A DNA stretch of 64,000 nt from Sulfuricurvum sp. GTDB lineage: Bacteria > Campylobacterota > Campylobacteria > Campylobacterales > Sulfurimonadaceae. The translations under genes were made by a program, and so were the position numbers. Shown here one piece after another: positions 63,118 through 64,000 of the stretch. Each line of letters begins with the position of its first letter. Position 1 is the first letter of the stretch. The notes beneath the pieces were generated by a model. It worked only from the letters and a program-made list of their open reading frames with translations. It made no database searches and was not told the DNA's origin. The stretch is from NCBI GenBank assembly GCA_024637295.1, contig JAGXFL010000001.1:126215-190214 (forward strand). Reading direction: 5' to 3'.

Positions 63118-64000
63118 CTCAAAATTTTGATCAATTTGTCCTTGGGACGTATGCGCGCCAGCCTCTATCGTTTGTAGAGGGAAAAAATGCCCGCTTAACC
63201 GACAGTGAGGGAAAAGAATACATCGATTTTGCAGCAGGGATCGCCGTGTGTAGTGTGGGGCATGCCAATGACCGTTTGACTAAAGCTATTTGCAATCAAG
63301 TCTCCAAGGTGACTCACGTTTCAAATCTTTATTATATCGAGCCTCAGGGTGAATGTGCACGTCGTATTGTTCAACAAAGCGGTTATGATATGAAATGTTT
63401 TTTTGGCAATAGCGGTGCTGAAGCCAACGAGGGGGCGATTAAGATTGCCCGTAAATTTGGAGAAGTAGACGGAGAGCCAAAGCGTTATAAAATCATTACG
63501 TTAGAGCACTCTTTTCACGGACGTACAATCACGGCACTCAAAGCGACAGGTCAAGAGTCGATGCACAACTATTTTGGCCCTTTTCCCGATGGATTTGTCT
63601 ACGCTAAAAATATCGATGAGATCGAGTCACTGTTGGATGAGCATACGGTTGCCGTCATGATCGAATTGGTACAAGGGGAGGGCGGAGTGCAACCGCTGGA
63701 TCGTGATAAAGTACAAGCGCTAGCAACGTTGCTCAAATCACGTAATATCTTGCTCATGGTAGATGAGGTACAAACGGGTATCTATCGTACGGGTGAGTTT
63801 TTGGCCTCGAATCTGTATGAGATCCAACCCGATGTCATTACCCTTGCAAAGGGTCTAGGAGGAGGAGTTCCTATCGGTGTGGTTATGACCAATCGTTTGG
63901 ATATTTTTGCCGCAGGGGATCACGGATCAACGTTTGGGGGGAACTATCTTTCCACGGCGGCCGCCAATGAAGTATTGGACATTCTCGAAGAGCTTAAAAT
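63111..64000 (+). CDS. argD: Acetylornithine aminotransferase (class III PLP), truncated by the window end
   Basis: Translated by hand: MLTQNFDQFVLGTYAR, YIDFAAGIAVCSVGH, NSGAEANEGAIK, SFHGRT, ELVQGEGG, DEVQTG, LAKGLGGG, HGSTFGGN. Confidence 0.93.
   Translation, partial: MLTQNFDQFVLGTYARQPLSFVEGKNARLTDSEGKEYIDFAAGIAVCSVGHANDRLTKAICNQVSKVTHVSNLYYIEPQGECARRIVQQSGYDMKCFFGNSGAEANEGAIKIARKFGEVDGEPKRYKIITLEHSFHGRTITALKATGQESMHNYFGPFPDGFVYAKNIDEIESLLDEHTVAVMIELVQGEGGVQPLDRDKVQALATLLKSRNILLMVDEVQTGIYRTGEFLASNLYEIQPDVITLAKGLGGGVPIGVVMTNRLDIFAAGDHGSTFGGNYLSTAAANEVLDILEELK

Noticed and set aside
1-64000. CRISPR array, tRNA, rRNA, integrase or transposase
   Set aside because: No regularly spaced direct repeats, cloverleaf or rRNA-like tracts, or recombinase ORFs were recognised by eye.

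Overview
Bacterial chromosomal window. It is most likely a Campylobacterota chemolithoautotroph of the Sulfuricurvum/Sulfurimonas type, inferred from the PUA-less ProB, CheV, the oadG-pycB pair, the FliK-like/FlhB-like pair and the protein sequence style. No rRNA, tRNA, CRISPR array, integrase or transposase was seen. Layout: (1) 1-11.8 kb is a two-component/c-di-GMP cluster with two paralogous PAS kinases, REC-PAS-HD-GYP, an OmpR-type regulator, HDOD, a GGDEF protein and an MBL-GAF-HD-GYP fusion. (2) 12-18 kb holds ion-homeostasis genes and proB. (3) 18.2-19.4 kb is an accessory block with a hypA 3' remnant and a single foreign-looking gene enclosed by ~41-bp imperfect inverted repeats that end in integron-like GTTAGCC cores. 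(4) 22-26.7 kb is a [NiFe]-hydrogenase operon whose small subunit lacks a Tat leader and is fused behind a NirB-like FAD/NAD(P)H oxidoreductase and a BFD [2Fe-2S] domain. (5) 27-30 kb is a complete AmmeMemoRadiSam triad. (6) 30-50 kb is a mix of housekeeping and orphan signalling genes. (7) 50-55.5 kb is a photolyase/BLUF/DUF523-DUF1722/DUF2867/glutathione peroxidase cluster. (8) 57-64 kb holds ppa, an OadG-like protein with a triplicated motif, pycB/oadA with a candidate internal start, cheV, a molybdopterin oxidoreductase and a partial argD. The best candidates for undescribed biology are the flavoprotein-fused hydrogenase and the inverted-repeat-bounded gene cassette. All family assignments come from motif recognition by eye, not database searches.
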